DNA of 64,000 bases from Bacteroidota bacterium (GTDB lineage: Bacteria > Bacteroidota > Bacteroidia > Bacteroidales > JAAUTT01), in assembly GCA_030706405.1 (NCBI GenBank), contig JAUZOO010000005.1, forward strand, positions 312,376 through 376,375, written 5' to 3'. The notes below the pieces were generated by a model that was not told where the DNA came from, searched no databases, and saw only the letters and a list, made by a program, of their open reading frames with translations. The position numbers and the translations under genes were made by a program. Shown here one piece after another: positions 19,551-29,319 of the stretch. Numbering within the stretch: position 1 is the first letter of the stretch; each line of letters opens with the position of its first letter.

Positions 19551-22500
19551 TTAGAATGAGAGTTGCAATCCGAAATTGATAACCTTGGTAGTAGGAATAA
19601 CTGTTGTTGCATAGTTATAAGTTCCTCCTACGATGTTATTCTCGGGATCTACACCATAAAACTTCGTCCAGGTCTTTAGGTTTTGCCCATTTACATAAAG
19701 TGTCAGATTACTCAGGTGTAACCAGCTCGTGATATTCCGGGGAAAAGTGTAGCTCAACTGAACATTCCGCAGTTTAATATAGGAAGCATCCTGCAAGGTA
19801 AAATCGTTTTGGGATGAATTAGGGTTTGGGTCCAAACCTGGACGTACCGCCGGCCACGACGCATTGGTATGGGTTGGGGTCCATCTGTCCATCATGGGCT
19901 CGTAATATTGCCGTCCCTGAAATACGATGTTGGAACTTACATTAGCTACAGCATTGAATAATGCCGATAACTGAAAGCCTTTATATCCCACCTGAAGATT
20001 TAAACTCGCATTATATTCCGGAATATCGGGATGACCGATGGGCATTTGGTCCAAACTGGTAATCATTCCATCGTTATTAACATCCTGGTATTTTAAATCG
20101 CCCGGAATTGAGTTTACACTGGTCAGTTTATTTACCGGACTGTTATTAATGTCATTCTGATCGGCATAAAAACCCAGCACATGATATCCAAAATAGGTTC
20201 CGATAGGAGTTCCGCTGGTTCTAAGGTTTGGTAACATTCCCGGGGCTTCGTCCCTTATCTTCCGGATGTTTTTGGCGTAGCTTACATTAGCGGTTGCTGA
20301 ATAGGTGAAATCCTTAACCCTATCGCGGTAAGTAGCCGATATTTCGTAACCGTGATTATAATTCTCGCCATAGTTTGTACTTGGAACGCTGGCGCCATAA
20401 GTTGCAAACGTAGTTGAACTCATGGTGGTAAGAATTCCGGTCCGTCGGTCGTCAAAAATATCGAATGTAAAGTTCAGTTTATCATGAAGTAAGGAAGCAT
20501 CGAACCCGGCATTTCTTTTCAATGATTTTTCGAAAGTCACATAAGGATTCCCGTATTGAGACTGATAATATACCGGGGCGCTGAAAATACTGCTGGGACT
20601 ACCGAACGATATTGCCGTACCGGCAGCAAACTTATCCTGGTAATAGAAACGTCCGGTTCCGGGACTCGGAATACCAACTTTACCAATTGAAGCACGGAAC
20701 TTTAACATACTGATCCAGGTCACATCTTTCATGAATTTTTCGTTAGCCAGATTATATCCGACAGACATGGAGGGAAAAAAACCATAACGATACCCCGAGG
20801 CATAATTTTCGGAACCATTATATGTTCCACTACCTGTGAGGAAATAGCGGTTATCATAATTATAGGTTACTTCGGTAACAATACCCTGGTTGGCATAAGG
20901 TGCTGCGGCAGCCTCAGAGCCTTTTAGTTCCCGCTGTCCAACTACGGTAGCTGTTACATTATGTTTGCCAAAGGAGCGGTTGTAGGTCAAAAAGAGCTGA
21001 AGGTTGGTTTTGTCATATCCACTACGGGTATAAGCCGGAGCCCCTAAAAAATCGTTGTACGTTGTAGAGTAAGGGATTAACGCCAACGTTGTCCGGTTCA
21101 GATTATAATACCCAACACTTCCGCGTTGAAGTTTTCCGGATTTAAGGGTTGCATCGTATCCGAATTGAGCTTTAAATGCCAATCCTTTGGTAACAAAATC
21201 GAGTTTCTGACTCAGCGTAAACACCGTTTCAGCAATGTTATTATCGGTAAAGGCATATCCGCCATAAGTCAAAAAGGCGTATGGGTTAACTGAGTTTGTT
21301 CCCAAAACATCATAATTCACAATATGGTTATAGGTCGCATCCAGCGCCATAATCTGAGGATCGGAGGAGTTGGTGTATTGCGGGAAATAGGGTAATCCGA
21401 AAGAAGGAACAAGCAAGGTCCGGCCTACCAAACCTTCGATCCCGTTGCTTACAACACCTGCCGGATCGTTATATTCGCTCATCCCTGCCGGGCAATACCG
21501 GTGCTCGTTACGTCCGGCAAGGTTAACCTCAAAGTTGGTCGACTTGGTAATGTCCATACTAACTCTTGCCCTGAAGTTATAACGTGTATAACTGGGCGTT
21601 GTACTATACCCCAGCGGAGTATCAAATTCTTTAAAGTTTCCGTCTTCAAACTGATGACCAAACGAAGTGAAATACTTAATTCTTTGGGTACCTCCCGAGA
21701 TCGTCAGGTTTTGCTGGTTCTGCGTCCACGATTTCCGGATTAAGGCATCGTACCAGCTTACATCAGGATATAACAGGGGGTTGCCCGTTTTATCTTTAAA
21801 AATCTGCACGTCGGCATCCGAAAATGTTCGTGCTTCGCCCACATTATCCTGAGCTTCGCTTAATATTAAAGCACTCTCATACGCATTTAAAATACCGGGG
21901 CGGCTCGTTGCACTTACAATACCTACATTATTACTGAATGTAACTTTAGCAGCGCCCTCTTTACCTTTTTTGGTGGTGACTACAAAAACGCCGTTGGCTC
22001 CCTTTAAACCATACAATGCGGTAGAAGCAGCGTCTTTTAACACGTTTATGCTCTCTATTTCATTCGGATCAATATCCCCGAAACTCGTCCGTTCCACCCC
22101 ATCAACAATGACCAGGGCAGTGGCATCCGACGAAACTCGTCCGCGTATATATAAATCAGAACTGTTAAACCCGGGACGGCCCTGTTTCTGCTGAACAACC
22201 AGACCGGGAATGTTACCGGCCAGGGCATTCGTAACATTGGTAACCGGAGAAGCTAATAATGTTTTTCCGGTAACGGTACTGATTGCGGCGGTTACCTGCG
22301 ACCGTTTTTGCGAAGAATATCCATTAACAACAACTTCGTTTAAAGCGTTTTGCTTTGAATTTAACGAAACTGTTAATGAATTAACGTTATTAACTGCAAT
22401 TTCTTTTTGTTCATATCCAACAAAGGAAAATACTAGAACATCGCCTTTGGTAACATTAATGGTAAATTGACCATTAATATCTGTTACCGTTCCTTTGGTT

Positions 22501-22757
22501 GTTCCTTTAATCATTACGCTGACCCCTGGAATTGGCTGATCATCATCCTTTACAGTTCCCTTTAACGGACCATTTGGTTGTAAAGCGAGTACTTTATTGT
22601 GTTCCGGAGGTTTTACAGCCTTTTTTGCCGGGTTATCATAATTGGCAAAAAGCTGAACGTTAATACAGAAAATTAAAGTAAATGCCGTAACCACAGACAT
22701 TACCCTTCTAATTAAACGATTGATAGAAATTGTTTTTTTGCATGAATACATTTGCAT
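19551..22757 (-). CDS. susC: SusC-like TonB-dependent transporter with an N-terminal carboxypeptidase-regulatory-like domain
   Basis: 1068-aa ORF. It has a CarbopepD_reg-like segment (GTVKDDDQPIPGVSVMIKGTTKGTVTDINGQFTINV) and a plug (IESINVLKDAASTALYGLKGANGVFVVTT). It also has a beta-barrel and a terminal F. Confidence 0.9.
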   Translation of the reverse strand: MQMYSCKKTISINRLIRRVMSVVTAFTLIFCINVQLFANYDNPAKKAVKPPEHNKVLALQPNGPLKGTVKDDDQPIPGVSVMIKGTTKGTVTDINGQFTINVTKGDVLVFSFVGYEQKEIAVNNVNSLTVSLNSKQNALNEVVVNGYSSQKRSQVTAAISTVTGKTLLASPVTNVTNALAGNIPGLVVQQKQGRPGFNSSDLYIRGRVSSDATALVIVDGVERTSFGDIDPNEIESINVLKDAASTALYGLKGANGVFVVTTKKGKEGAAKVTFSNNVGIVSATSRPGILNAYESALILSEAQDNVGEARTFSDADVQIFKDKTGNPLLYPDVSWYDALIRKSWTQNQQNLTISGGTQRIKYFTSFGHQFEDGNFKEFDTPLGYSTTPSYTRYNFRARVSMDITKSTNFEVNLAGRNEHRYCPAGMSEYNDPAGVVSNGIEGLVGRTLLVPSFGLPYFPQYTNSSDPQIMALDATYNHIVNYDVLGTNSVNPYAFLTYGGYAFTDNNIAETVFTLSQKLDFVTKGLAFKAQFGYDATLKSGKLQRGSVGYYNLNRTTLALIPYSTTYNDFLGAPAYTRSGYDKTNLQLFLTYNRSFGKHNVTATVVGQRELKGSEAAAAPYANQGIVTEVTYNYDNRYFLTGSGTYNGSENYASGYRYGFFPSMSVGYNLANEKFMKDVTWISMLKFRASIGKVGIPSPGTGRFYYQDKFAAGTAISFGSPSSIFSAPVYYQSQYGNPYVTFEKSLKRNAGFDASLLHDKLNFTFDIFDDRRTGILTTMSSTTFATYGASVPSTNYGENYNHGYEISATYRDRVKDFTYSATANVSYAKNIRKIRDEAPGMLPNLRTSGTPIGTYFGYHVLGFYADQNDINNSPVNKLTSVNSIPGDLKYQDVNNDGMITSLDQMPIGHPDIPEYNASLNLQVGYKGFQLSALFNAVANVSSNIVFQGRQYYEPMMDRWTPTHTNASWPAVRPGLDPNPNSSQNDFTLQDASYIKLRNVQLSYTFPRNITSWLHLSNLTLYVNGQNLKTWTKFYGVDPENNIVGGTYNYATTVIPTTKVINFGLQLSF

Positions 22758-23751
22758 ACATTATCTTTTTAAAAGAATTAGTCAGTAGAATTCATTTAAT
22801 ACTTAAGCTAAGCTTAAAAACATACTAGTGGCGAAAAAATTGGGTTCTAATCGCCCACTCAAGAGAACCTCGGGATAATATACTTATCTCCGTTACCTAA
22901 TGTTGATGTATAATCAACATTATTTCTAACTAATCCCGCGAAAGGATAAATATTTTTAAAATAACCCCTCGCTTGGAGTGTTGTCTCATTTGTGCATGAA
23001 GCCATGTTTGTAAATAGGTAGAACGGAGCAGTTGCAAATCGTCAATCATAATTTAAGTTTTTTAGTGGATAATTAGTTCATATTGGTAAGGCAAACTTGA
23101 CAAATAATTTGAACTTGAAAGGAGCACAAATCAACCAATCTTGGGATGCTTTTTAAGCAAAACAGAATCGTAAAACAGTATTATCCACAGTTAACAATAC
23201 AAGATAACTCATTAATTTACAATTATAAACATACTAAAACAACAGATTTCAAGCAAATGAAGGAGATATTATTAAGGTAATAACCGGGCATTTTTCACCC
23301 GAACTCATTTTACGATCTATTTTCGGATGAGGTTCGAAATAAACCCGGTATTCTTTGGGTTATAGTTCCGGCAAAAACGACGATAATTCTGAACGGACAG
23401 GTTGGCGGAGTTACGGAGTCGGTTTAAAACTTCACATTAGCATATGAGTAATCTCAATAAATAAAGATTTATCGCTAATCGCTCCATCTGTCTTCGGGAA
23501 ATATCCAATTATCGTTCTTCTACTAAAAGACAATCCATCTCTGCATCCATTTTATTTTACCGCTACAGCCTTGCCCACAAACAAGTAAACTCATAAACCA
23601 TTAAACCTAAACATACTAAGAACATCAAAACCATTCGAACCGATATTTTCAGTCCAAATTTTTGATTAAAATGCACCTCCTGAATGGTTGATTTGCATCC
23701 CACCAATTACACAATTATGCCTCAAATTGCCGTTTTAAATTATATAGTTTT

Positions 23752-24873
23752 ATGAGAAAGGATAAATCCTATATGTTTCGGCTTTTATGCTCAGCATGCC
23801 TGATTTTTACTATTAACCTAACAACTACGGCTCAAAATAATGGATTTAGTCCGGGAGCACTGTGGCCAGATAATAATGCCGTTCATATAAATGCACATGG
23901 AGGAGGCATATTATATCAAAAAGGCACTTATTACTGGTTTGGGGAACATAAAATACCGGGCGAAGCCGGTAATACGGCTCAAGTTGGTGTACATTGTTAT
24001 TCGTCTAAAAACCTCTACAATTGGAAAGATGAAGGCATTGCTTTAAAAGTCTCAAATGATACGGCCAACGACATTGCAAAAGGATGTATCTTAGAACGAC
24101 CCAAAGTAGTTTATAACAAACTCACTAATAAATATGTAATGTGGTTCCACCTGGAACTGTTGGGCAAAGGCTATGATGCAGCCCGAACCGGAGTTGCTAT
24201 CAGCAATAATGTTGCCGGTCCCTATACGTTTTTAAAAAGTTACCGGCCTAATGCCGGATTTATGCCATTCTATATGCCCGGCACTCCCGAAAATGAAAAA
24301 ATAAACAAACAACATCCGGCCAATAAGAGCGACAGCATCTTCTTCCGCGATTTCCCTACAGGACAGATGGCTAGGGATATGACAATTTTTGTTGATGACG
24401 ACGGCAAAGCTTATCATATTTTTTCTTCAGAAGAAAACAACACCTTGCACCTGGCTGAACTTACCAATGACTATACCGGCCATACCGGCAAATTTATACG
24501 CATTTATATCGGTCATTCAACCGAAGCTCCGGCATTATTTAAACGCCACGGAAAATATTACATGATTGGCTCAGGCTGCACCGGCTGGGCTCCCAATGCA
24601 GCACGCTGGTTTTCGGCAAACTCCATTTGGGGGCCATGGACTTATCAGGGCAACCCATGCAAGGGCGACCGGGCCAAGCTTACCTTCGGAGGGCAAAGCA
24701 CATTTGTTTTACCGGTAGCCGGCAAAAACGACGCATTCATCTTTATGGCAGATAAATGGGCTCCCAAAGATGCCATTGATGGCCGCTATATCTGGCTTCC
24801 CATTACATTTAACGGAGATAAACCTGAAATTAAATGGCTAAACAACTGGAATTTAGATGTATTTCAGAATTAA
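23752..24873 (+). CDS. glycoside hydrolase family 43 (five-bladed beta-propeller)
   Basis: 373-aa ORF with a signal peptide. HINAHGGGILYQKGTYYWFGEHK and later propeller-blade repeats (STEAPALFKRHGKYYMIGSGCTGW) resemble GH43 enzymes. The subfamily was not determined. Confidence 0.7.
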   Translation: MRKDKSYMFRLLCSACLIFTINLTTTAQNNGFSPGALWPDNNAVHINAHGGGILYQKGTYYWFGEHKIPGEAGNTAQVGVHCYSSKNLYNWKDEGIALKVSNDTANDIAKGCILERPKVVYNKLTNKYVMWFHLELLGKGYDAARTGVAISNNVAGPYTFLKSYRPNAGFMPFYMPGTPENEKINKQHPANKSDSIFFRDFPTGQMARDMTIFVDDDGKAYHIFSSEENNTLHLAELTNDYTGHTGKFIRIYIGHSTEAPALFKRHGKYYMIGSGCTGWAPNAARWFSANSIWGPWTYQGNPCKGDRAKLTFGGQSTFVLPVAGKNDAFIFMADKWAPKDAIDGRYIWLPITFNGDKPEIKWLNNWNLDVFQN

Positions 24874-24937
24874 TTATAGTTCAAACCCAAACAAGCCCGC
24901 CGCCCCCCTGTCAACCTCAACCAACACTTTGCCTGGG

Positions 24938-24973
24938 AGCCGGGAATTAGAAAAATCCTGGTTCCCGGCTTTT
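24938..24973 (+). terminator. Rho-independent terminator downstream of the GH43 gene
   Basis: AGCCGGGAA (24938-24946) pairs with TTCCCGGCT (24962-24970) and is followed by TTT(G). Confidence 0.6.
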
Positions 24974-25124
24974 GACTTTACATTTTACTTAAACCAATAT
25001 TCTTAATATATTTAAGCTTTATAACCATTCCTTAGATCCACTAAAACTCATATCCGGTATGACATTAAACAAGCTACTACTGACCGGTGTTGAACCTATT
25101 ATTTATCGCTGAAATAGTCGAAAA

Positions 25125-28100
25125 ATGAAAAAATTATTAGAGCACTCTTTCATTATGAAGTATCTGCATCTGCTAAAAACAAATTGTCTGGTATGTGTCT
25201 CAATTTTTTACCATTTATCGGCTTTGTCTGCACAAAATATAACTCCTATAGATTATCTTGGCATTGAGCACGGTCTCTCCAATAGTGCCGTAACCTGTAT
25301 TTATCAGGATCACAACGACTTTATATGGTTTGGCACATACGATGGGTTAAACAGGTACGATGGTTACGACTTTAAAATTTTCAGAAACCGCTACGGCGAT
25401 GCAAACTCGCTAATCCATAACTGGATCATCACTATTACAGAAGACCAGAAGCACAGGCTTTGGGTTGGAACCCGCCAGGGCGTGTGTGTTTACAACATGG
25501 TTTCAGACAATTTCACCCCCACCAGTTATCATCTGCCCAATAATAAAAACCTTTTACCTGTAACCGGTTATACCAAAGATATAAAGATCGACCGCTCCGG
25601 TAATGTTTTTATAGCAATCGAATATGAGGGCCTGCTATTGTTTGATAAAGACAATTTCGAAACTGGCACATTACTGCCATTCCCGGCGATGGGATCTAAG
25701 GCAGAGCATTACAATGTGACGGCATTATGCGTTAGTCCCGACCAAACCTTATGGATGGTTGTCGAAAATAAAGGATTATGCATCTTCGACCGGAAACAAA
25801 AATGTATCCGCCTTATTAATCCGGAAATCCGTTCCGCTTATTGTATGCTGTTTGACAAGAACTTCCTTTGGATTGCCAATTCAACAGGGCTAAACCGGTA
25901 TAATGTAAGTTCAAATAAAATTGAACTGACTTACACCGTATCTACCAATCAATTAACATCATCGCACATTTCCAGTTTACTAAAAAGCAACAACAACGAA
26001 TTATGGATAACCACAGACGGCGGAGGGATAAACATTTTAAATATAAACTCGGGCCAATTTAAATATATTTTAAGCGGAAACGACAAATTCTCGCTGACCA
26101 GCAATGCGATAAGCTCACTTCTTTGCGATAAGGAATCCAGAAAATGGATAGGTACTTTAAGAGGAGGCATCAACATTGTGGATCCTAACAAATCAAATTT
26201 TTTAAATATCTCCCATAATCCGGCTTCTGCAAATAGTTTAACGAACAACTTTGTGCTTTCATTATGCGAACAATCTCCCGAAAAACTATGGATTGGTACC
26301 GATGGCGGAGGTGTGAGTGTATGGAACAGAAAAACCAACCAATTCACTAATTACAAACACATTCCGGGAGATGATTCTTCGTTGCCCAGCAAATTTATAA
26401 CCAAAATTATAAAGGACCGGTATGGCGATATGTGGCTGGCTACTTATGATGGCGGTATCAGTCGTTTTATCCCTTCTTCCGGCAAATTCATAACCTACTT
26501 GGGAATCAATCCCGGCAATGCCCCTCCTTCCGCTATATTTTGGCAAATATACGAAGACAAGGATGGCAATCTTTGGGCTGCATCGATTCAGTACGGTATG
26601 TTCCTTTTTAACCGAGAGGCTAACCGCCTGGAACTGTTTGACCCTTTATTGAAAGATATACTCGTTTTGAAGGAAGATAAAAGTGGCCAGCTATGGGGAG
26701 GCGATTGGACCAGCCTCATCCGTATCGATATGAAACATAAAAAATACCAGCACTATCCGATGAATAAGCCGGTGCGTTCGATCTTTGAAGACCGCAAAGG
26801 TAATTTTTGGGTTGGAACAGGTGCCGGACTGGTTCTATTTGACCGAAAACAGAACAAACCAATAAAAAAATACACCACCGAAAACGGTTTAGGCAGCGAT
26901 CAGGTACTTAACATCCAGGAAGACAGGGTTGGAAATTTATGGCTTAGCACCTACAACGGGTTATCGTGTTTTAATGTAGCCAAACAAACCTTCCGGACAT
27001 ATTCTCCAACCGATGGCCTGCCCAGCAAAGAATTTAATTTTAATGCATCCCTAGCATTGCAGTCTGGCGAACTCGCTTTTGGATGTATTAAAGGGCTTAG
27101 CCTTTTTTATCCCGATAAAATTTCTCAGGTAAGGAATGACCCCAATATCGTCATCTCCGGATTAAAGATTAACAATCTCCCCGTATCTCAATCTCGTAAG
27201 TATATTTCCAAACGAAACAATGACGAAGTTCTGGAACTGAAAGTTCCGTATAACGAGGCCATCTTCACGTTCGAATTCACCGCTATTGAATACCCTTACG
27301 CCGAACGAATAAATTACCGTTACAAGATGGAGGGCTGGGATCGTACCTGGATCAACCCCGGCAGTGTACGAAGCGCTACGTATACCAACCTGGCCCCTGG
27401 CAATTATACTTTTGTTATCAATTGTACGAATCGGGATGGTGCCTGGATTAAAAAACAGGTCGCTATCCACATCATCGTATTGCCTCCCTGGTACAAAACA
27501 TGGTGGGCATTCCTCATTTACACACTCATTTTTATTGCATTAATATACTGGTACCTGACCTACAAGCTCAAACAAACCCGGCTGGAGTACGAAGTTAAAC
27601 TGGCCCGGGCAAACGAGAAAAAACAAAAAATCATACAGGAAAAAGAACGAGAAATTCACGAAAATCGCCTCGATTTCTTTACCAGCATCTCGCACGAATT
27701 CAGGGCGCCTTTATCACTGATTATAAACCCGATAAAAGATATGTTAACCCGGCCGCATACCGGTGACGATCAGGATTTAAAAATCATTTATCGCAATGCC
27801 CGCCGCTTGTTAAGTCTTGTAGACCAGTTACTTTTGTTTCGAAAGGCCGATTCTGGAAGAATCCAGATGAAAGTTGTGCCACTAAACATTTACCAGCTTT
27901 GCCGGGAAGTTTATTTATGCTTTAACCAGCAGGCAAAATCGGCCAATATTCATTATGATTTTCTAACAGAATATGAAGACATTACCATATATGCCGATCG
28001 CGAAAAACTGGAAATAATTCTGTTTAACCTCATCTCGAACGCTATTAAATTTACTCCGTCCGAAGGTTCCGTTTCCCTCAAATTGGTTGAAACGGAAACC

Positions 28101-29261
28101 GGCGTAGAAATACAGGTAATTGATACCGGATGCGGAATACCTACCGAAGCGGACAGTCAGCTTTTTGAAAAATTCTACCAGTCGCGTTCAAAAGGCAGGC
28201 CCGTCAAAAAAGGGTTTGGTATCGGGCTGTATCTTTCCCGGAAATTTACGGAGGAGCATCATGGCACACTGACTTATAAAAGTGAGGTTAATCAGGGAAC
28301 TACATTTCAATTAACGCTATTAAAAGGCAAGGATCACTTTCCACCCGAAGTGATTAGCACCGAGGATTCCTCCGAATCGTTATTCCTGGAGGAATTGGTT
28401 GACGAAAATCCTGTTTTAAATGCTGATACCCCTGTTGAAGAAGAGTTTAAACCTGATAATATATTTACGGAAAGCAAAACCATTTTAACCATTGACGACG
28501 ATAAAGAAATCAGAAATTATATCCGCTCTGTTTTCAGCCCTCAATACATCGTTTATGAGGCCGCAGATGGTAACGAAGGGATGACCGTTGTAAAAGAAAA
28601 AACACCCGATCTGGTTATATGCGATGTGATGATGCCCGGAATGAGCGGTATTGAATGGTGTAACTGGCTCAAGCAAGACCCCGCGCTGAGCTATATCCCC
28701 GTAATACTGCTAACCGCCAGCTCCTCGCCCGAAAATAAACTCAAAGGCTTGGGCTGCGGCGCCGATGATTATATTTGCAAACCGTTTGAAAAGGACATGC
28801 TGCTTGCACGTGTAGCCAATCTTTTAACAACACGGCATAACTTGCGGAGTTACTTTTACAACGAAATTACCCTGCAATCCAAAAGCATTGCCATTTCTGA
28901 GGAGTATAAAGTCTTCCTGCAAAAGTGTATGGAAATCGTTGAAAAACATATTACCGACGATAATTTCAATATTAAAGTACTGGCTTCGGAAATCGGAATG
29001 AGCCATTCGAACTTATACCGAAAAGTAAAATCGATGTCGGGCTATAATATAAACAGCTTTATCCGGCTTATTCGGTTGCGAAAAGCTGCTGAAATCCTCA
29101 TTAACAGCGACCTTCAAATAAGCGAAGTAGCTATTAAAACCGGGTTTAGCAATGTTAAATATTTCAGAATTCAATTTGTCAAGTTGTATGGCGTAAATCC
29201 TTCTGATTTTGCCAAACGAAACCGTGCTGTATTTAAAAAACGCATTAACGTTAATTTATAG
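25125..29261 (+). CDS. hybrid two-component system (HTCS) sensor histidine kinase/response regulator with an AraC-type HTH
   Basis: 1378-aa ORF. It has N-terminal beta-propeller sensor repeats and a TM segment (WWAFLIYTLIFIALIYWYLTY). The kinase part has the H-box SHEFRAPLSLI and an HATPase region (GFGIGLYLS). The receiver is ILTIDDDKEIRNY...DLVICDVMMPGMSG. The C-terminal AraC HTH is HSNLYRKVKSMSGYNINSFIRLIRL...GFSNVKYFRIQFVKLYGVNPSDF. Confidence 0.92.
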   Translation: MKKLLEHSFIMKYLHLLKTNCLVCVSIFYHLSALSAQNITPIDYLGIEHGLSNSAVTCIYQDHNDFIWFGTYDGLNRYDGYDFKIFRNRYGDANSLIHNWIITITEDQKHRLWVGTRQGVCVYNMVSDNFTPTSYHLPNNKNLLPVTGYTKDIKIDRSGNVFIAIEYEGLLLFDKDNFETGTLLPFPAMGSKAEHYNVTALCVSPDQTLWMVVENKGLCIFDRKQKCIRLINPEIRSAYCMLFDKNFLWIANSTGLNRYNVSSNKIELTYTVSTNQLTSSHISSLLKSNNNELWITTDGGGINILNINSGQFKYILSGNDKFSLTSNAISSLLCDKESRKWIGTLRGGINIVDPNKSNFLNISHNPASANSLTNNFVLSLCEQSPEKLWIGTDGGGVSVWNRKTNQFTNYKHIPGDDSSLPSKFITKIIKDRYGDMWLATYDGGISRFIPSSGKFITYLGINPGNAPPSAIFWQIYEDKDGNLWAASIQYGMFLFNREANRLELFDPLLKDILVLKEDKSGQLWGGDWTSLIRIDMKHKKYQHYPMNKPVRSIFEDRKGNFWVGTGAGLVLFDRKQNKPIKKYTTENGLGSDQVLNIQEDRVGNLWLSTYNGLSCFNVAKQTFRTYSPTDGLPSKEFNFNASLALQSGELAFGCIKGLSLFYPDKISQVRNDPNIVISGLKINNLPVSQSRKYISKRNNDEVLELKVPYNEAIFTFEFTAIEYPYAERINYRYKMEGWDRTWINPGSVRSATYTNLAPGNYTFVINCTNRDGAWIKKQVAIHIIVLPPWYKTWWAFLIYTLIFIALIYWYLTYKLKQTRLEYEVKLARANEKKQKIIQEKEREIHENRLDFFTSISHEFRAPLSLIINPIKDMLTRPHTGDDQDLKIIYRNARRLLSLVDQLLLFRKADSGRIQMKVVPLNIYQLCREVYLCFNQQAKSANIHYDFLTEYEDITIYADREKLEIILFNLISNAIKFTPSEGSVSLKLVETETGVEIQVIDTGCGIPTEADSQLFEKFYQSRSKGRPVKKGFGIGLYLSRKFTEEHHGTLTYKSEVNQGTTFQLTLLKGKDHFPPEVISTEDSSESLFLEELVDENPVLNADTPVEEEFKPDNIFTESKTILTIDDDKEIRNYIRSVFSPQYIVYEAADGNEGMTVVKEKTPDLVICDVMMPGMSGIEWCNWLKQDPALSYIPVILLTASSSPENKLKGLGCGADDYICKPFEKDMLLARVANLLTTRHNLRSYFYNEITLQSKSIAISEEYKVFLQKCMEIVEKHITDDNFNIKVLASEIGMSHSNLYRKVKSMSGYNINSFIRLIRLRKAAEILINSDLQISEVAIKTGFSNVKYFRIQFVKLYGVNPSDFAKRNRAVFKKRINVNL

Positions 29262-29319
29262 ACATCTCCGAATTCGTCCTAAAAAGATATTTTTTACATG
29301 TAGCATTAATTCATTTTTT

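Noticed and set aside
19535-19612. N-terminal extension of the second SusD ORF
   Set aside because: It overlaps the 3' end of the SusC gene, and the ATG at 19534 gives a proper lipoprotein signal (LSVISC).
29209-29319. N-terminal extension of the 501-aa ORF overlapping the end of the HTCS gene
   Set aside because: The internal ATG at 29320 yields a canonical signal peptide, and the extension overlaps the HTCS coding sequence.
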